64,000 nucleotides of DNA. Origin: Phoronis australis (lineage: Eukaryota > Animalia > Phoronida). The stretch spans positions 1,043,957-1,107,956 of the forward strand of contig NMRA01000072.1 of NCBI GenBank assembly GCA_002633005.1, read 5' to 3'. The notes under the pieces are model-generated. The model worked only from the letters and a program-made list of their open reading frames with translations. It did not search any database and was not told the DNA's origin. How positions within the stretch are numbered: position 1 is the first letter of the stretch; every line of letters starts with the position of its first letter. Positions 47,001-62,000 of the stretch are shown one piece after another. A program made the position numbers and the translations under genes.

Positions 47001-50000
47001 AAAAATTGACAACATAAAACTGTGCACTAGGTAAAAAATTACAGTCACAGTAATATTCAAGCCATGAAAAAAATGCTGTTGAATTCAGACATTTTCCCAC
47101 AAAATATGTAATGTGACTTACATTACTACTAAAAGTACAAGTGACTCTTTTCCATTAATGACAGGAACAATAACAACACAAACGTTCTTCAAGCTGATTT
47201 CCTTCAAGAAATTTAAACTGATTTGAAACATATTCAATAGTGATGACATAAAAGCACTTCTCATTCCTATGAATCCAGTAAAGGCAATACTTTGCCTATT
47301 GGACAACTCTACTAACCATGGCAGCTGATGAGAGCCCCCGGGTGGGTGAGGCGACGACCAGCCCCTCAGAATCAGAGTCCTCATCCGGCTCCTCAGTTTT
47401 CTGGGTGGAGTCGGGTATCGTAACATCATCATCGCTATCTGCATTAAGCCAAGGCAATGTTAGTGGTTTGTGCTATTGTTTGTAACACCTTAATGACAAG
47501 TCTGTGTGTTTAGCCAAATATCTACTAAACTATAGAATTAACCAAGGCATGTAAAAGAATTTTCTGGAAGCAAAAAAACCCATAAAATTAGATTTTTGAC
47601 TTTTTACCAATTTGCAATCAATTGGGTCACGTGATCATGTCTTTTTATCAAAGTAACAAAAAAGATAAGATAAATTGATAGAAAAATAACAGTTTTAATA
47701 AGAAGACCAAATTTTGATATAAATGTTCATGGTGAAATCACAGCTGTTACAGATCATCATTTCTTATTATAACGTTCAAGTATTTTCATGAAAATCATAA
47801 AAGACCCATTTCTTAATAGCCCTTCATGTAAACGTGGAAGATCGTGAAAACAATTCCCAGCAACAGTTTGAAGAACAGTGCGTGAACCAAAATATCTCAA
47901 AGTTTCATATGAATCTGATTAGCCATTTCTTAGATATGGCGTTCCAAAGTCAGCCAAATTTGGAATATTTATAGGGTCCTACATAAACCTAACTTAAGAC
48001 TAAGACGCCTCGACAAAGAATTTGCACTAAACAACACAGTGCAGACATTCTCAAGAACTTAGTTGCTCCAAAACAGCCAACTGTTTTATGGAGACTAATA
48101 ACAAATTTGGACAACAAAACACCAACAGTACCTGTTGAAATTTCAAGCCTTGCGATAAAAGTGCGTTAATTACCACGCAATGGGTAGATTTTCACAAATT
48201 TTCAACAATGCAGATTACACACTTGAATGTTTCAGAGAAGAATTTCAAAAAGCTTGTACTAATCATCCTTTATGTAGCAAGATTAATAACCAGTCAAAAC
48301 TAAACCACGCTGAATTCTGAAACTGGCAACAACAATTTCCTACATTGTCATGCCTAGGCTGATGTCCATTGAATACATGTAAACAGCTGTTGCGCGCTAT
48401 GGCAAAAAACCAACAAAAAGAAACAAATCAACAAGAACCTGGGTTGGCACACCTTTCACTCAAAAGAATATAATAAAACAGTAACAGTGGCAACATGGCG
48501 GTGACCGATTTATGGATAGTGAAAATCGATGCATGCGCATCTCAGAGCACAGATTTTGAGATACAGTTTGTCTAATGCAGAATGTGTCACACAGGCGATG
48601 GTATGATCGGTAAGCTGGCAGTTGATTTTGAATGGATACAGCCTGTTTATTCGTATGCATGACAAACTGAAGTTTTGCCTGATTAAGTACAACTAATACC
48701 AAGTGATCTTTACAGATGATATATCTACGTCTACTGACGGTGCTACTAAGGATGAACACTATCCCACAATCCTTTGTATATAAGACGTCTCTTGCTATCC
48801 GTAAAAAGGTCAACGTCAATTCTTACAGTGAACTTGAACAGCTCTTGTCTCACTGACTACTGGCTTGTGAAGGACAACTGTCAGTGAAAGGATAATCAGC
48901 CAATAGAAAAAGATGATTTTTGACCCGATTCATTCACGTGCCTCCACCCACCTACTCACAGATAATCAGGACAAAATGATATGGTTACATAAGGCTCAGG
49001 CTTCCAAATTTGAATGTTTTCACAACAATGGCGCTGTTGACTAGCAACGGGTGAACAGCTCACAGTACAGTTCTGTTAAATGTCATTCTATACACTCCAA
49101 ATCGCATTAACAAAAATGATTCTTCTATATCCCACGAGCTTTATCTGCTTTCTGCCAAGACCAAACCCTACATATTAGTTCACATTGCACATTTTCAAGT
49201 CCTCAGGGTACCGCAGGCACATTGATTTGTCCATCAAAACTTTTGGTCCAAAAGATTTTTTTAATGATAATATTAACATGTCTGAAGGAAATGGAAAATT
49301 ATAACCGACACTGCCAGACAACAACCTTTCACTATGGAACCGTAGAAATGTTTTAAATTAATAATTTATGAGAACAGACATGAGTTTGGACAACATTTCC
49401 CAAACAAGATTTCAAGACATTACCTTCTTCTTCTTCTTCTTCATCTTCCACTTCTTCACCAAAGGTGGTGTCCTCTAGAGGCTAGGCAAGCAAACAAAGA
49501 CAAGATGTGACTATTGTCTTGTGTGTAAAATGACATACCCCAAATGTTTTTAATCACATTTAAACATAGGATTCAGAATTATTAATTCCTTATAAAGGTC
49601 AGAGTATCAACTACATATGACTGAAATGTCATTTGGTGAAAGTAGATTCAATAGCTAAGCCTTTATAGCTGAACTAAAAATGTATTTGCACACACCTAAC
49701 TATGCTAATGTATACACAACAATGCTATTTGATCATCATCTATGTGTGCAGTTGTATTCATTGACAACTTGTAAATGTGACCCACCACCACAAAATGAGT
49801 CTTAAGTCGGGATTTGATATTTTTTAATTGTTATATTTTCTGAAAATACAGTGTTTTCTGATCATTTTGAGGTATGAAACATGTCCCTATCTTCACAAAT
49901 GACCTAGTTATTGCCAATTCTAGTCGGGGAAAGCGAAAATTTAGAGCTTTCAAAAGTCAAGGAAAATGGCCGATAGAGAGTGCCGATAGTGTCTTTAAAA

Positions 50001-53000
50001 TTTCAATAGCAACCTGCAGTTGAATGCTACATTTCAGACTTATTAGTATACACAACAACATAAACAAATAAAACTAATCAAAAATTAGAAAGAATATAGA
50101 CCTTATTATGTAATCTCAGCCAAAAAGGAGTGATGTTCATGTTGGGTTGCTGCAACTGGGTCAATAAATTTCCCACCTAAAGCAGAGAGCGTCTTTGCCT
50201 AAAGTATACAGGGTCAGTCCACTTGTAGCAGGAGGGGTTACCGCAAGTAAAACAAGTAGTTAACTGTATTTTGTAGAAGTTTAATACAATGAAGTCCTGT
50301 AGATTACAAAATACACATTTCTGGTTGATTTTTGTTCAAAATAATTCAAAATTTTACGCTAGTGTGAATAATTTTGAAAAAAATGACAATCACTCATCCC
50401 TATCCAAGTCCACTGACACTGACTGAAGAGCAACCATTTCTTCAACTTCTCACCGAGTGATTCAGCCCTATCGAAGATTGTTCTCTCTTGCAGTAATATT
50501 CAGCTGCTTGCACCCCGATCCACTGGCTTTGCAGATACAAGACATTGTTGTGCGATTAAGCTAATCCGGACTGTTTTCTTCAAGTTCTGTTTGTTCCAAT
50601 CCAACGACTTGGAATCCAACGTAACCGTATTCGCGATGGGTCAATCATGAAACTCATCTGGCGACGAGTTGCTGTCGTCAGACGACTCGTCGCTGTCACG
50701 AAATTCCTCCTTGTCTCAATCAACAAATGTGCTCTTTGATGAGTTCAGTTAATTCTCGCTGATCTTGATACGGCAGTCAGAGGCAAGAGTTAATCACTGA
50801 GATATCAGCTACACGGCGACCAGCCATCTTACTGTCTTGAAAACATGCCGTGACCTCGCGACCCCACAGTTTCACACCCACTTAACTAGTTCTAGCGAAT
50901 GAGGTCAGCGATGCATTGGGTTAAAAGGTCGTTGCTAGCTAAAAGACTGGTGAGTGACACTTCTGTTGAAAATACCCCGAATGCAAAAAGTGAAATAACG
51001 ACTGATGATTGGACGAAAAACTCAAAGAGCTTACTACATGCATAATGAGCAGAGTTTGACCTTTCTGTTGATGTGTTTACGAGCGAATTGGGTCATCGGA
51101 AGACTGAGCAATGAGGACACGAAAACCGGCAAATTTCGATGAAAATTTCACGAGATATGCAGTCGTGGAGAAGGTGATGTTTTTCAAAATGAAATAAATA
51201 AGATTTAAAATGAAGTTTGCTTGTTTTAAAGTATTGTTTTGTGAAGTAGAATGAATAAATAATCATAATCTGCAATAAAAAAATTTGACCTAATTTTAAC
51301 CGATAGCGACTGTTTGCAGTCTGGTCGGGAAATAGAGTTTCCGACTTAAGACTCATTTTGTGATGGTGGGTCACAAATGTGAAAATAAACAATTCTGCCA
51401 ATAGGTGACCTTTGCACTAACGACATACCTTGGGGGCTCACGTAACCCGCATCATGCAGTGTTATTCCCCAACACATCACAATACTCACAATACTACTGG
51501 ACACGGGTGAGTCATTTACGGTGGACCATTTTGACACATAACTCGTTCTCAAAAACATTTGGCAATTTGCAATCTACTTCGTATTCACATCGTCGCTACA
51601 TGTTGTGTTTCTAACTAATTTGACCAAGCAATCATGGAGATAAGGAATTAACATGCAACTTCCACTTGAAAGTAATAAGGAACAGCACAGGAAAGTCGGC
51701 TGCTACTACCTTTGCTGTAGCACCAGCTGTCATGGCAGCTCGAGCCATCTCCGAGGCAACCAGGTCAGCTTCATCTTCGGACTCTTCATCACCAACATCA
51801 TCTGAAGGAAGATTCACAATAAATATTATGAACTTCAGTGTACACATGATGGCTCGACTCACAGAAAGAAGATGAATCACATGAGGCACCACCTTAAAAA
51901 GAATTGGCCAATGGAACATTTGTTCACTGCCAGCTGCTGAATTTCATTAACCAACAACTGGATAGTTCATGTATTACCTCGTCCCTGAAGAAGGAGTATG
52001 AGGAAAGATGACGGATGAGGACAAGAGGAGGGTTGCTATCTATGTACAAATTGTGTGAAAGAAATAAAAAAATTGCATTTAAAGCAGTATGAAGGTTTCT
52101 TTAAGTGTAGATTATAACCACATCATATTATGCAACTGCCAGGTCATTTTAGAGCAACATTTGCAAAGTTGTCACAGTCTTCTGGAACATCAAAACATTA
52201 ATTTAAGAAACGGTAATGTGTGCATAATGGCACAAGTGATGACAAGTGACAACCAGAGGGAAAGAGAGGGGTGAAAAGAGTTAAAACTTTGGAGGAAAGG
52301 TGAAATCTCACAAATTGTGGCACACAATATGGCAGACACCTGACATTTTTTCCATAAAAGCTCTGAAACCATAGCTACCAACAGACAAAAATTGTAGAAA
52401 TTCACAATGTTAGCTCTCCAAAAAGGAAAAATTAGCATTTTTGTCCGACATTGGTGAAAACAGTCACATAAAAAACATCTGATGAGTCTGTGTAACAATG
52501 TGTACTGCACACAGAGTACATTTAAAATTTACAACTTACCGGCCACAATTTCATTAGCATTTTTACTCCGGTTTCCTGTCTTCCCTTTGCTTTTCTTTCC
52601 TGAAAAATACAGCAAGAGACGTTCTCCTATGAGATACCTTAGAACCAGAGTACAATTTACATTGAGACTGTGCCCTTAGAAACAAAAGACAGGAAAGACA
52701 GGGAGAGAGAGACTAACCAGACAAAACTTTTACCAGCATGGCTATAAAAATCACACGAATCATGAGAAAGTATACAAGTATCCAAAAAACAACCCTTCAC
52801 ATCATCAAATGTCCGTCAGACAAGAGACTACAAAGTGATAACTTTACGGTTTGAAAGGGCGTTAAATTTGATGACAATTTCAGACACCAAATGTTACCTC
52901 AAAATTTTTATTACGAAGTGGCAGGTGTTAGTTCCCACCTTGCAGGTAAACATTAGCACCTGCGAACAATACTCAGGTTTTTTAATTAGCCTCACCTGCA

Positions 53001-56000
53001 CAAAAAATGGCTGAATATCAACTGAATTACTGGAGTTTTGTTTGTAAAAATCAAGTGACACTGCAACCTTACATCAAGGTTGTCAACTAGAAGACGATGA
53101 ACATGCAAAGTCAACATGCATTTGTGCATTACAAAACAAATTAACTATCTTGCAACTAGCTTACATTCACTTAATTCAAAGCATTAGCAATAAACCTCTC
53201 CATATAATTTCACCTTATGCTATATTTAATGTTTATCAACCAACTTAGGCCATCATATGTAAGGCAAGTGAACATTGAGTTTCTCAGTTTCACAATTTGT
53301 AACACGGCAATGATGATTTACAAGTTGTGTACCATAGCTAGCATAAAAAAGCCGGAGACAATAAAAACGATGTCGAATTACAAGGCCAAAATCTAGCACA
53401 GCTCAGATTATGGACATTCGCAATCATGGGCCGAATTTAAGCAACTGACGTTTTCCAAAGCTGGTTAGATTTTACATAAACATATAATCAGATCTTATTA
53501 GTACACATTTCTTTAGACTTGTTAGAATTGTGCTGACTAGTAGATCAACATGCCTGCTAAGATCAACACATGCCATTGACATTTTAAGGTTTCTCATATA
53601 ATGGTAAAGGAAATGTGTGCAATGCATTCTGGGACATGCCGTTAACTTACTGCTCTAAACTTCCAGATGGCGTTACTTATGTTAACTAATGACGCACAAC
53701 ATGAGAACAGACAGGGATGTAGCAGACCATTTAAAACCATTACGTAATTAATGTTTTCATAAGACATGCCTTGATTTGTACAGACACTTCATGTTGCAGA
53801 TGGTAACAAGTCTTTCAAAACACATTTATTTACTATTTGAAAAACCTGAAAATATTGGAAAATGATGTACAATGACAGCATGCAAGTTTTACTAGCTCTT
53901 ACTTTCAAAGACGTGGAATTTCTGATATGTTACCCACACCAAACATGGAGTGCATTCAGGCTAGTATCTTGACACCCGGAAAGATCATGCAACGAGTCTG
54001 CCAAATCGTCACGTACAATTACAAATGGAGCGCGTGATCTCCTTCGCTTTCACACCCAAGTAACTAGCATCTCTGAATTCAAACACAGTCCCCGCTACAT
54101 GTACAACCTACACGCACACGTACCTACATGCGAACATACCCACATGTATATGTACGTACCTACATGTACTAACACATACACCTACATACGGACGTACCTA
54201 CATGTAAACCTAACTACATGTACACCTACCCACATGTACACCTTCATGTAGACCTACCTACATGTAAACCTAGCTACATGTACACCTACCTACAAGTACA
54301 CTTACCAACATGCAACCAAAAACGCACTACACAAGACAAACAAACAAACAAGAAAACCACTCTAGTGTCCCGTCCACACACAGCCTACCCTAGAACAACT
54401 TGCACTAGTGCAACGTACCCCACTTTTAAAGGGAGTGTCCACACGCACATATCCGATAATTAGGGTAAGGAGGAAACTGTCGCTATGTGTGTGTGTGTGT
54501 GTGTGTGCGTGCGTGCATGTGTGTGACAATGAACAGCTGATGCAAATACGATGTGTAAAAGAAGACCGGTCTCTATGAAACCATAGCTGATAATTACTTC
54601 ACCTTGCCCCAGGTTTGCGGCCACACAGTGATTAGAGTATAGGAGATAAGTTGCATTTAGTTTAAATAGCATCCACACAACCCTAAAACCTATGACAACT
54701 CGTTCCAGGAGTAATTTGTTCTAAGGGTAAGTCTGTGTACGGATGGCACTGAACACGTCAATCACATGATGCTATGCAAATAGCACAAAGCATGCACAAC
54801 CACTAATTAAAACAGTAAAGGATGCTGTCAATACAATACACGGCACTAAAGTACAGAGTGGACATTAGTTGATGGAGGTCTTAACATACAGCAGAACATC
54901 TCACCGCCAAATATAGACTTTAATGAGAACTTTGACTTTTTCTTATTTGACTGCGGCAACTTGGACTCTTCAGCTAAGGCAAATGTAGCAAACATTGTCA
55001 CTGTGTGAATAACTGTGATTATTTAGCACACGTAGCTGTATCGCTACAAACTGCACAATTATTTTTTTTCAAATAACAAGTTTCGCTAGCCATCAATCTA
55101 AACTGAGAAAGAAAGTATAAACCAATGTCAACACAGAGTCCTGAAAAGTACTCCATTTAGTGAACATCTAGTCAATAATTACACCAACTCCTGTATATGC
55201 GCATATTTACATCTTATTATACACCACAATGCATTTTTCATATAAAGTTTTTTGCACAAAAGTCAAGTATCTCACACGTGTACCTCATTGTGGAAATAAG
55301 CGTGGCATCCCATACTGGCACTATGGCCTAAATATGCGCATATATGGTAATGCTTTCTGGCTTGTACAGATTAACACAAAACAACACCAAATATCACTTA
55401 GTGGTGTTAGAACACCAAACACACATCTATCAACAGTACAGAAGTAATAACTGTTATGTCAAGCTTGTCGTTGCCATCATGGTATTGTGCATAACAAACA
55501 TGCCTCACACTAGTACCTTTCTCTACCACAGTTGCCTTCTTTTTTGAGCCAGTCTTTGATATCTTTTTCTCTTTCGTAATCTCTTCAACAGCTTTCTCAG
55601 ACATTTTTGTGTCATCTTTTGTAGCCTTTCTCGGCTTCACGTCAGGTTTTACTGTCGTGACCCTTTTCTGGGGTTTTGGCGCTTCCAGACTGTTAGTCAG
55701 ACTGCTCTCTAGCGGAGTGATCTCCCCTGTGAAGGGCTCACTCTCACTGATGTCTGAAGTCGGAGTATCATTTGAACCTGTAATGGCGCCACTGGAACGC
55801 TCATATCACCGGTCACAAGACTATCCTCTAATCATATGTAACTAACATCGACGTACACATGCACACCCACTACACCAGAGCCTATAAACCCGCCTCTTGT
55901 CAAAATAATAACTTTTCATTTACACAACTGGGACCTACTAGTATGAAGCAGGTCTCAAATTGTTACTAGTTGGGATTGCAAATTCTGGACTTGGCAAGAA

Positions 56001-59000
56001 CTAACACATTGTTACTACCAGTTCTTCCAAAGACCAGAAATCCCTTTGCAACTAAGAAAGGATCATGTTGACACAAAATTCAAACCATTAATAGTCTACA
56101 GTCCAGTGTCAAGAGAAACAAGCCAAAGAAACATAATTATTATGTTCTGAAAGAATATTTCCAAATCAAAATCGACAAAATGGCAAAGAGGAGCACAGAC
56201 CCAAGACTCACAAGTAGCAAACAATATAACATGAAGTGTCAGTCTTCAAAATGAGAACCCTTGACCACAAGATGTGTTACAACACAAGACACAATATTAA
56301 CATTATGTTAAACAGGTGAGCTGGAGCACGCCACCCACTATGTTAAAACCAACACCCAACAGCTAGGAAGAAAAACCAGGAACAAGCAGGCCAGGGGTGC
56401 GTTCCGTAGACCCAAGACACTTGAGAAGTACATGCGTCAAGAAATCTTTGCTTATGAAACGGAAACAATGACTTCTATCCTACAATTCAACATTCCAACC
56501 TCGTAGACCAATCACTTTTGAATCAGTGGTCACCATTTTGATAGAGTTTACAGGCAATGGAAGACTTTCAAATAGCAATGTGGCGACTGATCACCTGGGA
56601 AAAACCCAAGTTGCCACAAAGTCACCACTGTGAGAATCAGTCATACAATAATTAGTCCGAAATTTGTTTCAAAGTTTGTGATGACTTCTAAACTTTAAAA
56701 CCTTAAATTACAGTTTTCTTACATTATATTTTTGGTTCACAACTGTTCCATTTATTTCATGAAATCGGTGCATTTGCCACCACAGCAGTCAGCACACGTC
56801 AAACACGGGCTTAAATTACAACAAGAGGTAAAGAGATGGAAGCCTGAATTGTTCGGCAAAAATAGGGCAAGATCGATGAAATACGCGCCTCCAGAGTATG
56901 CGATCATCTGCATTCTGTCTTCGTTGGCAAGAGGAATTCAATTAGAGAATAAATGGCACATATTTTTTACCGAGAGAAATTGAAGAGGTACACGTAAATT
57001 TCTTAAAACAGAGTACGGCACTTTCTTTTTTAGTCAATGAATTTGACTTTTTAGTCTACGATTTTGACGTCCGTTTTGGGGACCTCAGATTTCGCTTGGG
57101 GACCTGGGATTTTGGCATAAAGCTAAGTGTCGAGCACTGAACCAGGTGGTGATAAGAGTCACTGGTCCACGTGATGAACCTCCATTACTTTCTGAAAGTC
57201 TCCCATTCTGCTTAATCATAATTTGTCATGAAAGACTATATAAATCCTTATCAACCTTCTTGACTGGTATTATACGATATAAATGGTCGATAAGAATTCA
57301 ATATTAATGACTGATATAACTTTTTAATTCACGGTTTGTCATCAAATACGATAATTTGTAACATTTCTTATCTCCGAGTAATGATAAATGATCAAAAGAG
57401 GTTATATCCATGAACCATGCGATGAATGATGATTCGACAATCACCAGCCTAATATGAATTCACATCAACCAAAATGAAGGTGTATGCTAATAAGCTCCCG
57501 CAACATGACCCCTTTCACTTGCGTGACCTCACATTTTCGTGAAATTCTTGCGTCTACGGAAAGTCCCCATTTCCAGCTGAGTAATCTGCCAAGCATTTCC
57601 CCACATCTCTCTTGCACCATCAGATGTGTTGTAATGGCACAGAAGTCTCCAACACGCCTCACAAGTCTTTTAAGCCGGAGCACACCCATTATTATAAAGT
57701 GCTTTTTCAAGCATTAAGTTAGGGTAAAAATTCCTCAATTTAGGACATATATAATCAATTGCTGTTTACTAAAGCAAAAATCTCACAAATTAAGGACAAA
57801 CAAGTAAAATTTCATTTTTTCATTATTTTCATAAGATATGCAGCACCAATTAAATGCACTGGCTTTTTCAAGCTCCATGTCACACCTAACTTAAATCATT
57901 GTTTTGAAAATTGCGAGCATTCACAACACTGCCTTTGAGAATTGAAAAATCAATAAATTATTTTTGTTGAAAATTGGAGTAATTTTTACAGTATATTAAA
58001 AAAACTTATCAAAAGTTGTCTGATGACAACTACATGATGACAATGAAACCAATTTTTAAAAAAAAATTTTATTCGTAAATACACGAAACCAAACTTACTG
58101 CATATCTATTTTTGCTGACAAACTAAAACTTCTTTTCCCCACTTAAGCATGTCCTAAAAAGATTTTTTACCAAACTTATTGTAGTTAGATCACCTTCACC
58201 CCAGTGGTATCCTTTTATTCAGATTACAAGTGGTTAGAGTATGCCAGACACACGCCACTACCTGGATGAAGCTGTTGTGGAGGAGGCAGGGGCGAAACAG
58301 TCCGACTTGACTGCACAAGTTCATCGGATTGCAGAGTGTCACTTAACTCCCCTGTTTCCATTGTGCCCTCATCATCATCTTGTAATAATGTACAGTATGT
58401 ATACAGTACAGTAGAAACCATAACGTATAAAGTAAAGTAGAAATCATCAATTGCCTTCGAGTGAGAAACAACATTATTTTGTCAGACAAATAATTTGGTG
58501 TTTGCGAAATTAGACAAATGTATGGAATAAACAAGGTCAGAACCAACTCAATTTACTAAATGAATTAAACAGATTTCTTTTAAGTTGACTATACAGCAAA
58601 AATGCGATGTTTAAATTGTTACCTATGGTGACTTGATCAGGGAATTAACATTGCCATGCAAGTTTTTGTGCATTATGACAAGTGAAAAACTCTGGCATTT
58701 GGTTCATTTTCATAGCAATCTTCATAATATTGAGAATTAAGAATTTTGCTATAAATACACTTCCCTATATTTATCCACATCACTTGGGGTCAGTTTCATG
58801 AAAAGTGACTAGAGACTTAAGACAGAAACTTGGTCTTATGCTGCACAAAACTATTTCAGAAAAATAATTAAATCTCTAATCAGAGCAAAAGTGCAAAGTC
58901 TCTGAGAATATAGTTACACATATCTGCGAGGTACTGAGATAATTTCTGCGATTTATTTTTAGACTGCTGTGGTGCGCTCATAATTACTCGGCTAAACTAT

Positions 59001-62000
59001 TTTTATAGAGAAGTTAGAGCTTAAAGCCAAATTTCCTTCTTAAGTCTTAATCACTTTCATAAAACAGAATCCTGTATTATTTAAATTCTTTTTCCATACA
59101 GCACAGATTACGTTTCCTCGTGAACAGAAAACAAAGAAGACAATAAAAGCCTAATAAGTGACTACAATAGCAAGTTCACAGCCATCAGCAATGGTTGCCA
59201 TCTTACCTTGACTGACTATGACCTCATTATCCACCTCCAGTTCAGGAGAGTTCTCCTGACTGGAGACTTCCACAGACTCCTCAATCTGTTTGTTGGCCTC
59301 AACTTCCTCGTCTATACACCAAAATAAATATGTGCAAACAAAACTAAACGAAAGCATAAAAACAATGAATGGGTATAACAACAGAATTAAGCAAATCGTG
59401 TCGAAAAAGCGTGTGCCAGAAAATAGCAACTTAACAGCAATTAACAGACGCCCTCAGATCATGCAATGAATAAGGTAGTAGCAACCAAAGGAAAGAAATT
59501 AACTATAGCAGAAAATAATTAACGGTTAATTTTCAAGCTGAATAGCAGCAATTTCTTTTAATACCCTTTCCCAGCCAATTCATAATTTTGGGTTTCTAAG
59601 ACATTATGTCAAGACTATGCCAATACAGCAATTGGTCGACTAAAATCAAATCCAATTCAAACGAGGCACCAACTCACATCAACAACATATCAAAATACAA
59701 TATACTAAATAATATAACAGGCACAAAAACAGAGGGCAGGAGATTTAATAAAGGTGACGTGATAACAGACCCTATAGCAGACAACACAAAGACCAAATCT
59801 GTTCAAAAACAACCAGCACAACATGTTACCCACCTCTGGGTTTGGATTTCCTAACCACGTCGACCACCACGTTCTTCCCACTCGCGCTCTTCTCCACGTT
59901 CACCTCAATTCCCTGCTTGACCTCACCGTGTCCCTCCATCTCAGCTGCTGACCTGTCAGCGCCATCTGCAGGCGGTCGTGCCACATCGACTACCACGTGT
60001 TGTCCGCTCTCGCTCTTCTCCACCAAGACATCCATCTTGTTCCTGGCTGGTGGCGGATGTGGTTCACGGATTGGAGGCTCCTGTTCCACAACCACCTGCT
60101 GTTCAACATGGCCGCCTGAGACAACGACATCATCACTGAATTCTACCGTCTTCTTGGCATCACCCATTCTACGCATGGGAACTGGACGAACAGCCTTTGG
60201 GGTTTCAACCTAAATGAAATGTGAACAGAAGACGTTAATTGATCAGCCACAACTCAAAACCAACGTTTTTGAAACGCATATGACTGAAAAAAGTACCGCT
60301 TCAGTTTTTGGCGATACTTTCTTGCACTTTGAATTTTCTTTGCTTCAGACTGCATGAAGTTCTGACTAAACTTTCCAGCAATATCGTATTAAAATGAGAA
60401 ATACCGACTCTGGTCAGTAAGAGAGTGCAAGCACCTCCCTCAATCTACCTGCATTCACTCAGAAAGAAGTCACGAGAGTGCTTATACATTACATCTCATA
60501 GGGTCAGATAGGGACAATAAACTGACTTACAATTTTGAAATTTTAAGTTAATCATCTCTGGATCATAATGAAATGAATTGAAAACTTAATGAGCTATTGC
60601 ATCTGAGCCCCTGAAGTATTAATTTTATAAAAATTTCATGTAAATACATGGCAATGAGCCCGCTCAATAACAGAAAAAACAAACACTATGAATTATGTAA
60701 CCTTCCTCAACCTCGTAGCCAAATACAAAGAGACTAGAAAATTGCAAGCCCAGAGTTGAAAAATGCATATTTTCGTGCTTGCGCAAACTAAACGTCCCAT
60801 GGTACAAATTCTAACTGGGAGGACTACGACTAGAGGTGCGCTCAGTAAGAGATAGAAGCACTTCTTGTGAGAAATCTTGGCAAAAACAACGGTAATGATG
60901 AGTGTTAACGTTTCATTATTTCCCATAATTCAACATTTTTCAGCGGCAGCTATACTGTGCTAGTGTATGCTAATAAGGTTGCGAGCTAAGTAACGGAGAC
61001 CCAGCGAGGTGTAGCTTTAAATGCGATCCAGCCAAACTAGCAACATACAGGATTACAGAATGCGGCCCTTGTCTATTCAGAACAACCACTTTCTTACCTC
61101 CTTTACTGGAGTCATTGTCATGGGTCGCGGCCCTGGTGACGCGGGCGATGATCGCTCTGTGGACTGCTTCACTTGGGCCAGGCTTCGTGGCTTGGGAGTG
61201 GACATAGCGGACGGGCCTGAAGTGGGCATGTGCGAGATCGTTGGACCGGAGACTGCTGATGGTGCTCCAGCCAAAATGGAGACATCCTCCCCTGGCAACA
61301 TGGGTGGTCTCTCGCGGGGTAGTTGGGGGGTGGTGGCAAGGATCTGAGGATGAAATTAGAACAAAGACAAAAATACACATATGTTCTGCACTTGTGTTTN
61401 CATTCACTCAGAAAGAAGTCACGAGAGTGCTTATACATTACATCTCATAGGGTCAGATAGGGACAATAAACTGACTTACAATTTTGAAATTTTAAGTTAA
61501 TCATCTCTGGATCATAATGAAATGAATTGAAAACTTAATGAGCTATTGCACCTGAGCCCCTGAAGTATTAATTTTGTAAAAATTTCATGTAAATGCATGG
61601 CAATGAGCCCGCTCAATAACAGAAAAAACAAACACTATGAATTATGTAACCTTCCTCAACCTCGTAGCCAAATACAAAGAGACTAGAAAATTGCAAGCCC
61701 AGAGTTGAAAAATGCATATTTTCGTGCTTGCGCAAACTAAACATCCCATGGTACAAATTCTAACTGGGAGGACTACGACCAGAGGTGCGCTCAGTAAGAG
61801 ATCGAAGCACTTCTTGTGAGAAATCTTGGCAAAAACAACTGTAATGATGAGTGTTAACGGTTCATTATTTCCCATAATTCAACGTTTTGGCATACCCATC
61901 CAATCGTTTTCAGCGGCAGCTATACTGTGCTAGTGTATGCTAATAAGGTTGCGAGCTAAGTAACGGAGACCCAGCGAGGTGTAGCTTCAAATGTGATCCA

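Noticed and set aside
51002-51025. CTGATGA-ttggac-GAAA hammerhead-like string
   Set aside because: There is no stem II and no closing stems I/III.
51978-52039. Extra RPGRIP1L exon (catag|ATAGCAACC...GACGAG|gtaata)
   Set aside because: At 62 nt it breaks the phase between flanking phase-1 junctions, and the peptide is unlike the linker; at most a poison exon, with no support.
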